A program made the translations under genes and the position numbers. Below, piece after piece: positions 46,690 through 55,096 of a stretch of DNA of 64,000 bases. The notes beneath the pieces were generated by a model. It searched no databases and was not told the origin of the DNA. It saw nothing but the letters and a program-made list of their open reading frames with translations. This DNA comes from Parcubacteria group bacterium (GTDB lineage Bacteria; Patescibacteriota; Minisyncoccia; UBA6257; Colwellbacteraceae). The stretch spans positions 26,981 through 90,980 of the forward strand of contig JBAZMT010000001.1 in NCBI GenBank assembly GCA_041649615.1, given 5' to 3'. Within the stretch, counting starts at the first letter, position 1; each line of letters opens with the position of its first letter.

Positions 46690-47796
46690 ATGGCTTTCGC
46701 GATGTATCGGCGGTATCGCCCCACAAAGATATCGGAGGTTGCGGGGCAAGACTCCGTCTCCGAGGTAATAAAAAACGCCGCTAAAACGGGAAGACTTGCG
46801 CATGCTTATCTTTTTTACGGACCGAGAGGCACCGGAAAAACATCAGTCGCGCGAATACTCGCGAAGTTGGCAAATTGCGAAAAGAGAAAAAACGATCCGG
46901 CGTTCAGAAAAGAAGGAGAGCCGTGCAACGAGTGCCCGCGCTGCCGAGAAATAGATGAAGGAAGATCGCTTGACGTCATAGAAATTGACGCCGCCTCTAA
47001 CAGAGGGATAGACGAAATAAGAGAATTGAAAGAAGGAGCGAGATTGACGCCCGCGTATTCCGAAAGAAAAGTATTCATCATTGACGAAGCTCATCAGTTA
47101 ACCAAAGAAGCGTTCAACGCTCTTCTAAAAATCCTTGAAGAGCCGCCGGCGCACGTAATGTTTATTTTGGCGACGACCGAATATGACAAATTGCCCGCAA
47201 CGATCGTTTCAAGAACCCAGCGTTTTTCTTTCAAAAGAGCCTCTATCGGGAAGATAATGGAAAAACTCAAAACCATTTCCAAGGCGGAAGGAGTGAAAAT
47301 AAGCGATGATGCGCTTGAGGTTATCGCTTCGGCCGCGGAAGGAAGTTTCAGGGACGCGGAATCGCTTTTTGAACAAGTAGTGGCAATGGAAGACGAGAAC
47401 ATCACTCTTTCCGAAGTGGAGCGGATTTTGGGAAAAGCCGGTTCGCAGAAAACCGAATTACTCGCGGAAAAAATCGTGAACAAAGATTTACCTGGCGCTT
47501 TGGAAACGCTTGCGCGCATAAACGAGGAAGGATACAACCTTTCGCAACTCACGAAAGATTTGATCCATTACTTAAGAAGAGTCTTAGTTGTTTCTTACAG
47601 TCCCAGAATGGCGGACTTATTTAAAGATGAAGTCACTTCGGAGACGGCAAAAAAAATAACGCAAAGCGCCGAAGAGTGCGACAGAGAAAAATTGATCGTC
47701 GCGTTAAGGGCGTTGATTGAGGCGTACGGAGAAATAAAATACTCCCCTTTCGCCATTATTCCATTGGAAGTGGCGATAGTGGAAAGCCTTAAGTAA
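46690..47796 (+). CDS. dnaX: DNA polymerase III subunit gamma/tau (short form)
   Basis: YRPTKISEVAGQ, Walker A GPRGTGKTS, Zn module CNECPRCREI, SRTQRF sensor. True start probably the Met at 46702. Confidence 0.9.
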   Translation: MAFAMYRRYRPTKISEVAGQDSVSEVIKNAAKTGRLAHAYLFYGPRGTGKTSVARILAKLANCEKRKNDPAFRKEGEPCNECPRCREIDEGRSLDVIEIDAASNRGIDEIRELKEGARLTPAYSERKVFIIDEAHQLTKEAFNALLKILEEPPAHVMFILATTEYDKLPATIVSRTQRFSFKRASIGKIMEKLKTISKAEGVKISDDALEVIASAAEGSFRDAESLFEQVVAMEDENITLSEVERILGKAGSQKTELLAEKIVNKDLPGALETLARINEEGYNLSQLTKDLIHYLRRVLVVSYSPRMADLFKDEVTSETAKKITQSAEECDREKLIVALRALIEAYGEIKYSPFAIIPLEVAIVESLK

Positions 47797-47814
47797 GTTC
47801 AAAATTTCTAATTT

Positions 47815-48180
47815 TCAATTTCTAAACTTTCTCGCATCTTCTACTCGCTCGTAGCCATCAAAATAAACTTTATCTTCCGATAAAACTTTAACCACTTTAT
47901 AACGCCCTTTTGTCCAGACTTCGCCGTTACGAAGGAAGTGAGCGCTCTCCAAAATAATCACGCTCGCTTTCGGTTTGGATAAAACTCCCCCGCCTTTAGT
48001 TTCGCGAAGCGGGATTTCGCCCAAAAGCCAATAATGTTTCTGCCCGTTTTTAAGAAACGGATATTCTTTTCCTTCTTCCAGAGCTTCGGGGAGGCATTCG
48101 CTTTCTTCTCTCCTTCCCTCTTTGAGTTCCTTGATATTTCGGAGCGCAAGATCGGGACAATATTCGGCAATAATGGCCAT
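47815..48180 (-). CDS. hypothetical protein
   Basis: 121-aa ORF, no recognised motif. Divergent from the next ORF. Confidence 0.4.
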   Translation of the reverse strand: MAIIAEYCPDLALRNIKELKEGRREESECLPEALEEGKEYPFLKNGQKHYWLLGEIPLRETKGGGVLSKPKASVIILESAHFLRNGEVWTKGRYKVVKVLSEDKVYFDGYERVEDARKFRN

Positions 48181-48252
48181 GACGGGTTAATTTTGCCATA
48201 TGAAGGGACATATGTTAATCTCCCTCTAGTTTTTTGAAAGGAGATATGCGTC

Positions 48253-48633
48253 ATGTTCCAGGTCATAATTCTCGCGAGTCCTCAATTTGTTGAGGCGTTA
48301 TCGACCGATAGGTACAAGAACTGGAAAGAGACTCTTATCGGATTTATAACGTTTGCATGGCCGGCCGCAAAGGAAAGCACCATTCACCTTATAGTGATAA
48401 AGGCGGAATTCATTGAGGGATTAGATTTCCATATTGAGGTCTGCTACACTCCTGGACAATGGAAGTATGGGCGAAAGAAGTTCAATCCCGGCGAAGGAGA
48501 TAGAGATCATTTGTACAGAGTTTTGTATGAAAACCTGGACAATGTATTGCCGGGATTCAAATACTCTATCTGTCTCGTACCCAATGACAATGTTGTCTTT
48601 GGAACTCACGGGATTATTAAGACCGCCGAATAA
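48253..48633 (+). CDS. hypothetical protein
   Basis: 126-aa ORF, no recognised motif. Immediately upstream of tRNA-Gln. Confidence 0.4.
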   Translation: MFQVIILASPQFVEALSTDRYKNWKETLIGFITFAWPAAKESTIHLIVIKAEFIEGLDFHIEVCYTPGQWKYGRKKFNPGEGDRDHLYRVLYENLDNVLPGFKYSICLVPNDNVVFGTHGIIKTAE

Positions 48634-48686
48634 GGCGGTTTTTTTTCTTGAAAAAAAGGAAAGCAGCTCGTAAAATTCCATTAGAT

Positions 48687-48760
48687 TGTCAGGTCGTCTA
48701 ATGGTAGGACAGCGGCCTTTGAAGCCGTGAATCATGGTTCGAATCCATGCCTGACAGCCA
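48687..48760 (+). tRNA. tRNA-Gln (anticodon UUG)
   Basis: TGTCAGGTCGTCTAATGGTAGGACAGCGGCCTTTGAAGCCGTGAATCATGGTTCGAATCCATGCCTGACAGCCA: 7-bp acceptor, anticodon loop CTTTGAA, TTCGAAT T-loop, encoded CCA. Confidence 0.8.
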
Positions 48761-48778
48761 ACTTGTAAAATACAATAC

Positions 48779-49225
48779 ATGAACAAAATAACACTTCACA
48801 ATCAATGGATTGTTAAAGCTCCTATAAACGATGTATTTAGAATAGTAACCGACTTCGAAAAATTCCCGGAGTATTTTCCAAGGGTGGCTGAATCAATACG
48901 GATTAATAAACGGGAGGGAAATTATTTAGAAATGGAAGCAACATTAAGATCGTTCGGTAAAAGATTTAAGGTAAAGATGAAGACTCAAATTCTTCCAGGT
49001 AAAGGCTTTATTTCGGACAATGACAGTTATCAGTTTGGGACTTCTGGACATGAAGAGTTGTTGCTTTCTGAACACCCTAAAGGAACTTTGATTGACTATA
49101 CCTATCAAGTCACCATTCATAAAAAATGGCTAGGTATAATCGCTGTACCTCTATTACGCTGGTATTCGATGAAAGCCTGGGAAAAAGCAGTTATTGATCA
49201 GCTTAAAAAGATTCTTGAGAAATAA
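48779..49225 (+). CDS. SRPBCC-family (polyketide cyclase/START-like) protein
   Basis: WIVKAPINDVFRIVTDFEKFPEYFP is the typical SRPBCC N-terminal beta-strand/helix signature. 148 aa. Confidence 0.65.
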   Translation: MNKITLHNQWIVKAPINDVFRIVTDFEKFPEYFPRVAESIRINKREGNYLEMEATLRSFGKRFKVKMKTQILPGKGFISDNDSYQFGTSGHEELLLSEHPKGTLIDYTYQVTIHKKWLGIIAVPLLRWYSMKAWEKAVIDQLKKILEK

Positions 49226-49288
49226 TGGTTCTAACATTGTCCAAGGCTTCCAGCATATGCCAGAATCCTGTCCGATATGAAAAGAAAA

Positions 49289-49314
49289 GAGCCTCCGCAA
49301 ATTTGCGGAGGCTC
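49289..49314. terminator. bidirectional rho-independent terminator
   Basis: Perfect hairpin gagcctccgcaaatttgcggaggctc flanked by A-rich and T-rich runs, between convergent genes. Confidence 0.7.
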
Positions 49315-49336
49315 AAAAGTCAAAAGGAACAAATTT

Positions 49337-50140
49337 TTAAGGATTAGGCACCTTGTCGAACTTTCGTGCTGTGGACACGCCAACCGTGTCGCTACATTTG
49401 TCGAGCCACAAAGCACTGATAGATATGCCTTCCTCGCCAGAATAGCCTATGCTGACTCGACCACCGAGCCCCGGGTCGACGTCTCTACATCGAACACGGA
49501 CGTATTCGAAGAGTCGCTCGCCAGTTGTGAGATAGTGGCCGATGATCATGTAAGTCATCGCGCGAGTAGTCGGTGTTTCTTCATTTTTTGCAAGAAGCGC
49601 CTGCTGTCCAAACCAATCTCTATAAGTTGAGCCATCCACGGGAGTTTTTCGGATAAGGCACCAGCTTGCGTCGCCTCTTTCATTTGCGAATGCTTGCCCA
49701 TTAATCCAGGCATCCGCGTGATCTTCGAAAAGTTCATGTTCTACCCTGCCGCGGATATCGAGGATTGAAAGCGGAAAAACTGAAACGAGAACGTGCGTCT
49801 TTCTGCATTCTTTGAGCGTGTCTTCGGTGAACGGAACTTCAGCAAGAACGTCGAGCTGCTCTTTCGTAGGTCTGACTCCGAATTGAGCGATTGATTCCTC
49901 GATGCCAAACATGTTGCTTCCCATGATCTCACGGGCCTGCCTTTGAGATGTGGTAGCTTCGAATCCGCAATTTTGGATCAATCTTACCACTATCTTTGTC
50001 GCAAGCTCGTTGTTCTTGGATTCAATGACTCTCTGGGCAAGATTATTCGTGAGCCCTGCTTTCTCCAGCTTAAGGAGAAGTTCGTGTTCGACGTGCACCG
50101 AAATGATGCGTCCTCTCTTTTGGCCTACCATGGGTTCCAT
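49337..50140 (-). CDS. hypothetical protein (ORFan; atypically high GC; strong RBS)
   Basis: Start set at the Met preceded by aaggaggtg (MEPMVGQKRG...). Local GC is about 52-58 % versus about 42 % in neighbours. No recognised family; contains an R-x4-H (RGRVEH) motif of uncertain meaning. Confidence 0.5.
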   Translation of the reverse strand: MEPMVGQKRGRIISVHVEHELLLKLEKAGLTNNLAQRVIESKNNELATKIVVRLIQNCGFEATTSQRQAREIMGSNMFGIEESIAQFGVRPTKEQLDVLAEVPFTEDTLKECRKTHVLVSVFPLSILDIRGRVEHELFEDHADAWINGQAFANERGDASWCLIRKTPVDGSTYRDWFGQQALLAKNEETPTTRAMTYMIIGHYLTTGERLFEYVRVRCRDVDPGLGGRVSIGYSGEEGISISALWLDKCSDTVGVSTARKFDKVPNP

Positions 50141-50329
50141 AGCACACCTCCTTGTTTTTGTTTGCCGGAAATCTATCCAGCTGGATCTATTATAAAACGA
50201 GCATTCAAAAACCAATTTGGCAGTTCTAAACACTCGTATAATATGACCAATCCCGAAATCCTATTTATTAAAGAACGCCTCCTTTTTAACAGAAACGCAT
50301 TGTTCTTTCAATAGATTTACCATTTCATC

Positions 50330-51115
50330 CTACTTCCCCGTTGAGAAGAGCAAAAGAGTTACATCGCAAGGGCACTCGGACGGCGCGTTTTCGGGATTAT
50401 TTTGATAATCAATACGAAAACGAGTGAGAATAATTTCTCCATCTTTGCGATAACCGGCTTGGCCGCCAATATGCCCGCCAGCGTCTAAATCAAGCGCTTC
50501 GCTCCAACCAAGAGCTTTTAATTTTCCGTCGTAATATCCGCTGAAGGGCGTAATAATGCTTGCGGGATTCATACCGACTGATATCGGATCGGTAAAAATA
50601 CTTGTGCCGGTGTAAGATGAATCGCCGATTAAGAAACTTTCCGTAGTGGTCGTACTCCAAGTTGCACCCGTGTAGAGCGGATAAAGGTCTGCCGAAAGCA
50701 CCGGATGAGAAATAGTGAACAACGCGCTTTCCGCGAATATGTCGTCGGTGACAGGAATTGATCCATAGGAATGAACTTCAAGTACATAATTGCCATCTGG
50801 GTACATCGGCGAAATTTCCCATTCAACCGAACCCGTATTAGGTAAATCAAAAAAGACGATAGGATCAAATTCTTGACCTTCCGTCTTTAGCGGCGGAGGC
50901 GGTATACGGCGAATGATTACCGAAATTTTGTTGTCTTTGGAAATTCCGCGGGTTTTCCAAGAAATAACGTGTTTTTCGCCACTTTGCCACGTTTCACCGC
51001 CGGCAGGCGAAGTAACGACAACTGTCGACGTATTTGGCTGCCTGAAATACCAAAAACACCAAGCGGCTGCGCCAATAACAAGAATCACTAAAAGCCAGGG
51101 CAAATATTTCTTCAT
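50330..51115 (-). CDS. hypothetical secreted protein (signal/TM anchor, PPPP linker)
   Basis: 261 aa, N-terminal LPWLLVILVIGAAAW hydrophobic segment. No family recognised. Confidence 0.5.
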   Translation of the reverse strand: MKKYLPWLLVILVIGAAAWCFWYFRQPNTSTVVVTSPAGGETWQSGEKHVISWKTRGISKDNKISVIIRRIPPPPLKTEGQEFDPIVFFDLPNTGSVEWEISPMYPDGNYVLEVHSYGSIPVTDDIFAESALFTISHPVLSADLYPLYTGATWSTTTTESFLIGDSSYTGTSIFTDPISVGMNPASIITPFSGYYDGKLKALGWSEALDLDAGGHIGGQAGYRKDGEIILTRFRIDYQNNPENAPSECPCDVTLLLFSTGK

Positions 51116-51288
51116 TGTTCTAAGTATACCTTCTTATTAAAAAGCCGCGAAGGATAATCGCGGCTTTACAAAGTTTTTATTAACGCAATTTTCTCGGAAA
51201 GCGGCTTAACAGGCCGGTCCGACGTGTCACGGAGACTCTCTCCGGTGATGCCTTGCAGAAAACGGGCAAGCTTTAGCTCCTTTCCTCG

Positions 51289-51816
51289 TCAGACGGCGAA
51301 GAGAAGTGCCTTGTCCTTAGGAACCTTCTTGAAGACGACCTTCCCTATAAGTCTTCTCTGGTTGTCTCCGAGATGCGCTTCGGCAAAGAATCTCCTGCCC
51401 CGTAACACTCTCGGGAGCCAGAATCTGTCCGCCGGCGCCATGTCAAGAAGAGGCAAAGAGTTTCTCCAAAACCACGTGGGATTTATCATCTCTTCCGAAG
51501 GTTCCGGCATTCCGTTCCATCCGCGAAGAATGAAAACGTGCACCCGCCAAACAGATTCGCTTCCGTCAAGAGCGACATTGATGAAGTCAATAATCGCCAC
51601 TTTGCGCAAGCGAGCTTCGGAAGTCGTAATCTTCCCTTCTTCGTACGGTTCTCTCACCGCCGCTTCTAAAGGCGTTTCGCCTTTTTTGATCCGGCCGCCG
51701 TATCCGTTCCAGAAACCTTGAGCAATGCGCCTCATCTTCCATGCCATGAGAACTCGGTCTTCGTAGATCGGGAAAACGAGAACTGCCTGAGTAATCTTTC
51801 TCTCCAGTTCAGACAT
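51289..51816 (-). CDS. NUDIX-family hydrolase (divergent Nudix box)
   Basis: GYGGRIKKGETPLEAAVREPYEEGKI approximates G-x5-E-x7-REUxEExGU. 175 aa. Confidence 0.55.
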   Translation of the reverse strand: MSELERKITQAVLVFPIYEDRVLMAWKMRRIAQGFWNGYGGRIKKGETPLEAAVREPYEEGKITTSEARLRKVAIIDFINVALDGSESVWRVHVFILRGWNGMPEPSEEMINPTWFWRNSLPLLDMAPADRFWLPRVLRGRRFFAEAHLGDNQRRLIGKVVFKKVPKDKALLFAV

Positions 51817-51949
51817 GAGCGTTTACCTCCTTTCGCACCAGATTTTTAATTTTCAAAAACCGTACGAACAGACTATACCTTAAAACCGGAAAAGTAAAAT
51901 GTTATCAACAGTTATCCGCCATATTCAGTTGTTATAATGAGAATAACAA

Positions 51950-52375
51950 ATGAAAAGAAATTCTCTTCCTCCAAAAAGAAAAACTTTTATATTGATGTTC
52001 GTTTTGGTCGCCGCGGCAATCGTTTTAGTCACAACGGTCGTGTTCATGACAACGGATATTTACGTGAACAGAGCTTATCTCGCCAAAAAGGATTTTTGCA
52101 GCGCTTTTAAGGCGAGACTTACGGGCAATTGCGACATGTTCAATAAATACATTCTGAAAGACACCGAGGGATGGAAATCAAAATGCGCGGCGGAGAAAAG
52201 TTTGACAACCGAACCTTTTTACGGATTCAGGATTTTAAACGTTACGGCTAACGGGGAGGACGCTTTCGTTCAAGTGGAACTTAAGAGAGGGGTGAGAAAA
52301 GAAACTTATCCCGTAACGTACGAAATGAGGCTCGTGGACGGCGTCTGGAAAATAAACCAGTCCGCCAACAATTAG
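51950..52375 (+). CDS. hypothetical membrane-anchored protein
   Basis: 141 aa, N-terminal TM FILMFVLVAAAIVLVTTVVFM. Confidence 0.45.
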   Translation: MKRNSLPPKRKTFILMFVLVAAAIVLVTTVVFMTTDIYVNRAYLAKKDFCSAFKARLTGNCDMFNKYILKDTEGWKSKCAAEKSLTTEPFYGFRILNVTANGEDAFVQVELKRGVRKETYPVTYEMRLVDGVWKINQSANN

Positions 52376-52812
52376 GATTCTTTTTCTTCGCAGGAAACGG
52401 AATTAATCAGCCAGCGATTGTTTTCTGATATGAGTTTGACGCGCGCTTGCAGGGAAGAAGCCGGATTATTCCAGATGACGGTCGCTTTGTCGGCTTTTAT
52501 TATCGCGGGACTCACCGTGAAGTTCGCCGGAAACGATTCCGAACAAGTAACGGGATTCAGTTCTCCCGAGTAACCGATTAGAGAATCATTGAATTCATCC
52601 GTTAAATCCGTCTTAAAGGTATGGAAGCCTTCCGAGAACGGATCTTTTTCTTTTTTCCACTTTACGTAGAAAGAAGAAACGATTTCTTCTGGAGTCAGGT
52701 TTTCTTTTTCTTTAATTTTGTCTGACGCGTTTTTCGCGACTATGGAACACCCAACAATCGTGCCGACTCCGAACAAGATGATTATGATAGACAGTCTTTT
52801 AATCGTATCCAC
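52372..52812 (-). CDS. hypothetical membrane-anchored protein
   Basis: 146 aa, N-terminal TM LSIIIILFGVGTIVGCSIV. Confidence 0.45.
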   Translation of the reverse strand: MDTIKRLSIIIILFGVGTIVGCSIVAKNASDKIKEKENLTPEEIVSSFYVKWKKEKDPFSEGFHTFKTDLTDEFNDSLIGYSGELNPVTCSESFPANFTVSPAIIKADKATVIWNNPASSLQARVKLISENNRWLINSVSCEEKES

Positions 52813-52830
52813 CGTTAAAGAAATTATAAC

Positions 52831-52861
52831 AAAAAATGCCTCAATAATGAGGCATTTTTTG
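52831..52861 (-). terminator. rho-independent terminator downstream of rnpB (bidirectional hairpin)
   Basis: aatgcctcaataatgaggcatt hairpin flanked by A6 and T6, immediately 3' of the RNase P RNA 3' end on the minus strand. Confidence 0.65.
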
Positions 52862-53375
52862 TGCGGCCGGGTAAGCCGGATTCTGTAATCACCTCTCCAG
52901 TTTTACGTCTGTAAAACTGGAGAGGGATGATGGCAATTTATCTAGGTCTAAGATTACTCTTAGACTCAAGCGACTCCCTATGACCCGCTTTTGCTCTTGC
53001 GAGCTATAGCGAGGCATAGTACGGTCTTGCATTCCACAAGGATTTAGCCGTTTCACTTCCGTTTTTTGTCCCTATCACGGAATTAAGCCTTCTACGTTGG
53101 GATGGGGCTCTCCTCAGCTTTTCAGCTCGATATTTCTATCGGCTCGCTTTTGCGCTTGCGCGCTATAGCGTAGCGAAGACGTCACTGCTCGCACCTCTCT
53201 TATCAAATAAATTGGTAAGGACGGCTTTTAACCGCTGTGTTTTTCCCCTCTCCAGTTTTCGTAAAAACTGAGGAGGGAGAAAGTCCAGACTTTCCTCATC
53301 TCATTTCTTAATACTGATTCCCGCTTTCGTGGAAATAACAGAGAGAAACAAAACGCTGCCATCCGGGCCGCAATT
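52862..53375 (-). ncRNA. rnpB: RNase P RNA, bacterial type A (M1 RNA-like), unusually long
   Basis: Minus-strand sequence contains GAGGAAAGUCUGGACUUUC (P4 5' strand, cf. GAGGAAAGUCCGGGCUCC; + strand 53285-53297) and ACAGAAUCCGGCUUA (P4 3' strand; + strand 52872-52886). It also has CCUAGAUAAAUUGCC (cf. CCUAGAUGAAUGAC), GCUUGAG + P17-like hairpin, AAGGCUUAAU...AGGG (cf. AAGGCCAAAUAGGGG) and CCCAUCCCAACGUAGAAGGCU (cf. CCACCCGGAGCAAGGCC). A putative P1 pairs GCGGCC (53363-53372 region) with GGCCGC at the 3' end. Ends are approximate. Confidence 0.65.
53316..53346. repeat. degenerate repeat-like hairpin (GATTCCCGCtttcGTGGAAATAACAGAG), alternatively the P3 helix of rnpB
   Basis: Resembles the repeat consensus with 2 stem mismatches. 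On the minus strand it forms an AUUUCCAC-GAAA-GCGGGAAU hairpin (GNRA loop) at the position expected for RNase P P3. Confidence 0.4.
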
Positions 53376-53412
53376 GTTTATAACATAAAAATGCAACAAC
53401 GTCAATCAACCT

Positions 53413-53439
53413 GAATTCCCGCCTGCGCGGGAATGACAG
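53413..53439. repeat. palindromic repeat element copy C (GAATTCCCGCctgcGCGGGAATGACAG)
   Basis: Stem ATTCCCGC/GCGGGAAT, loop CTGC, flank aacCTGA...GACAGAAAAA. Intergenic between the rnpB 5' end and the ppiB start. Confidence 0.8.
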
Positions 53440-53476
53440 AAAAAGGAAAGAATAAATGTGGTAAAATGGGAAAAAT

Positions 53477-54151
53477 ATGAAAAATAAACTGATAATAGCG
53501 GGACTGGTCGCTTTAGTGGCAACGGCGTCAACGCTTATCTTTTTTGCCGCTAAGACCGAATCAAGTAAAAAGACCGCCGAACCGGAAGAGATAGTAATCA
53601 GCGAAACCGTTCCTTCCGAGGGAATAACGAATGAAGAAACAAATACAAACCAATCAACAAACAAAGTGGAAAATTTTAAACATATCGTAACGCTTGAGAC
53701 ATCTTTGGGAACCATAAAAATAGAAACTTATGACGCTGACGCGCCGAAAACCGTAGAAAACTTTTTGAAGCTCGCGAGCGATGGATTTTATAACGGTGTG
53801 ATGTTTCATCGCGTCATAGACGGATTCATGATCCAAGGCGGAGATCCGACCGGAACGGGCTTTGGAGGTCCCGGATACACGTTCGCGGACGAACTTAATC
53901 CGAAAACGGAGTCATACAAAAACGATTATAAGAAGGGCGTAGTCGCCATGGCGAATTCGGGACCGAATACCAACGGCAGTCAGTTCTTCATAGTGGTTGC
54001 CGATTATCCTTTGCCGCATAATTACACGATTTTTGGAAGGGTCATTGAGGGACAAGATGTGGCGGATAAGATTGCGAAAGTAAAAAGAGATTCAGCCGAT
54101 AAACCGTTAGAAGACGTAGTGATCAGAAAAGCAACCGTAACGGAAAAATGA
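53477..54151 (+). CDS. ppiB: peptidyl-prolyl cis-trans isomerase (cyclophilin type), membrane-anchored
   Basis: FHRVIDGFMIQGGDP...MANSGPNTNGSQFFIV cyclophilin signature. N-terminal TM. Confidence 0.9.
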   Translation: MKNKLIIAGLVALVATASTLIFFAAKTESSKKTAEPEEIVISETVPSEGITNEETNTNQSTNKVENFKHIVTLETSLGTIKIETYDADAPKTVENFLKLASDGFYNGVMFHRVIDGFMIQGGDPTGTGFGGPGYTFADELNPKTESYKNDYKKGVVAMANSGPNTNGSQFFIVVADYPLPHNYTIFGRVIEGQDVADKIAKVKRDSADKPLEDVVIRKATVTEK

Positions 54152-54268
54152 GCAAAAGAAAAACCCGCATCAATAAGATACGGGTTTTAAGGAAAGGAGT
54201 GGGGCAAAAATGTTTTAAGCTTCAATCTTCGTTATAGCATAGATAAACCGATTTGTCAATAGCAGGCT

Positions 54269-55096
54269 TTATTTCCAGGGGAGCTTTAAAGGATTTGAGG
54301 CATCAATCACAAAGCTAGCGGCCGCTTTATGCCCTCCTCCGCCGTATTTAAGGGCGATTCGCGATACGTCCACTTTGCCGTTTGAACGCAAAGAAACTTT
54401 GAGCTTATCCCCTTTTTTACACCAAACGATACCGATGCCTTTGGCTTTAGTTGCGAGAACGTGCCCGATCTCTGAAACAAATACAGGAGAATTCACGGCA
54501 AGACATTTTCGGCCGGCAAATTTGACCCATTCGGCCGTAGAAGAAAGAGTTTCTATGTTCTGTTTGGAAAAGCTAAGAATGGAAGAGCCTTTATTAAAGA
54601 ATTCTTTTCTTTTGTCCGGATTTTCAAAATCTTTTATTAGTTTGTCCCAAGTCTTGAGGTCAAAAGGTAAAGTATCCAAATAAGCCAGATATTCTCTCGT
54701 ACCTTTGAGAGCAAACTTCCAGGTGTCGTTATCCTGAATGTGAAGCAATAGTTTTGGAGCGCTCTTTTTGGGGAAGAAATATTTCCAGGCAAGAATGGCG
54801 CCGGAATTAGTTTCTCCAAAAACGTATTCCGTTGAGACCTTAACCGCCTCGCGCTGGCTCACGTGATGATCCAAAACGACAACTTTTGCGGCTGATTTTA
54901 AAACCGATTTCATTTTATCCTCGGAATAACAATAATCAACCATATACACTTCTCTGCCTTTTAAATCTTTAGGGGGCGAAGAAGGATGCGCGGCGGCGAG
55001 ATATTCGGCTTTGGCGCCGAATTTTTTGCGGGCTGCCCAAGCGGCGCCGAAACCATCGGGGCAATTTTTGTGGTAAATGACGAGGATCTTTTTCAT
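54269..55096 (-). CDS. DHH-family phosphoesterase (NrnA-like)
   Basis: DHH motif I (IYHKNCPDGFGAA), motif III VLDHH. 275 aa. Confidence 0.65.
   Translation of the reverse strand: MKKILVIYHKNCPDGFGAAWAARKKFGAKAEYLAAAHPSSPPKDLKGREVYMVDYCYSEDKMKSVLKSAAKVVVLDHHVSQREAVKVSTEYVFGETNSGAILAWKYFFPKKSAPKLLLHIQDNDTWKFALKGTREYLAYLDTLPFDLKTWDKLIKDFENPDKRKEFFNKGSSILSFSKQNIETLSSTAEWVKFAGRKCLAVNSPVFVSEIGHVLATKAKGIGIVWCKKGDKLKVSLRSNGKVDVSRIALKYGGGGHKAAASFVIDASNPLKLPWK

Noticed and set aside
49337-50140. HEPN-nuclease call for the high-GC ORFan based on an R-x4-H motif
   Set aside because: A single short motif is insufficient and no other HEPN features were recognised. Kept only as a low-weight hint in the findings.
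52985-53190. Two approx. 45-nt direct repeats (cgcttttgc.cttgcg.gctatagcg...) about 160 bp apart, considered as a possible minimal CRISPR array
   Set aside because: Only two imperfect copies with unequal spacing and no cas genes. They fall inside the region that matches RNase P RNA conserved blocks and form GCAA-tetraloop hairpins. They are interpreted as RNA structural modules."
52862-53460. Whole 600-bp ORF-free region considered as a cluster of MITE-like repeats only
   Set aside because: P4 5' and 3' strands, the P15-P18 region and other type-A RNase P blocks are present in the correct order on the minus strand, followed by a terminator. rnpB explains most of the region.
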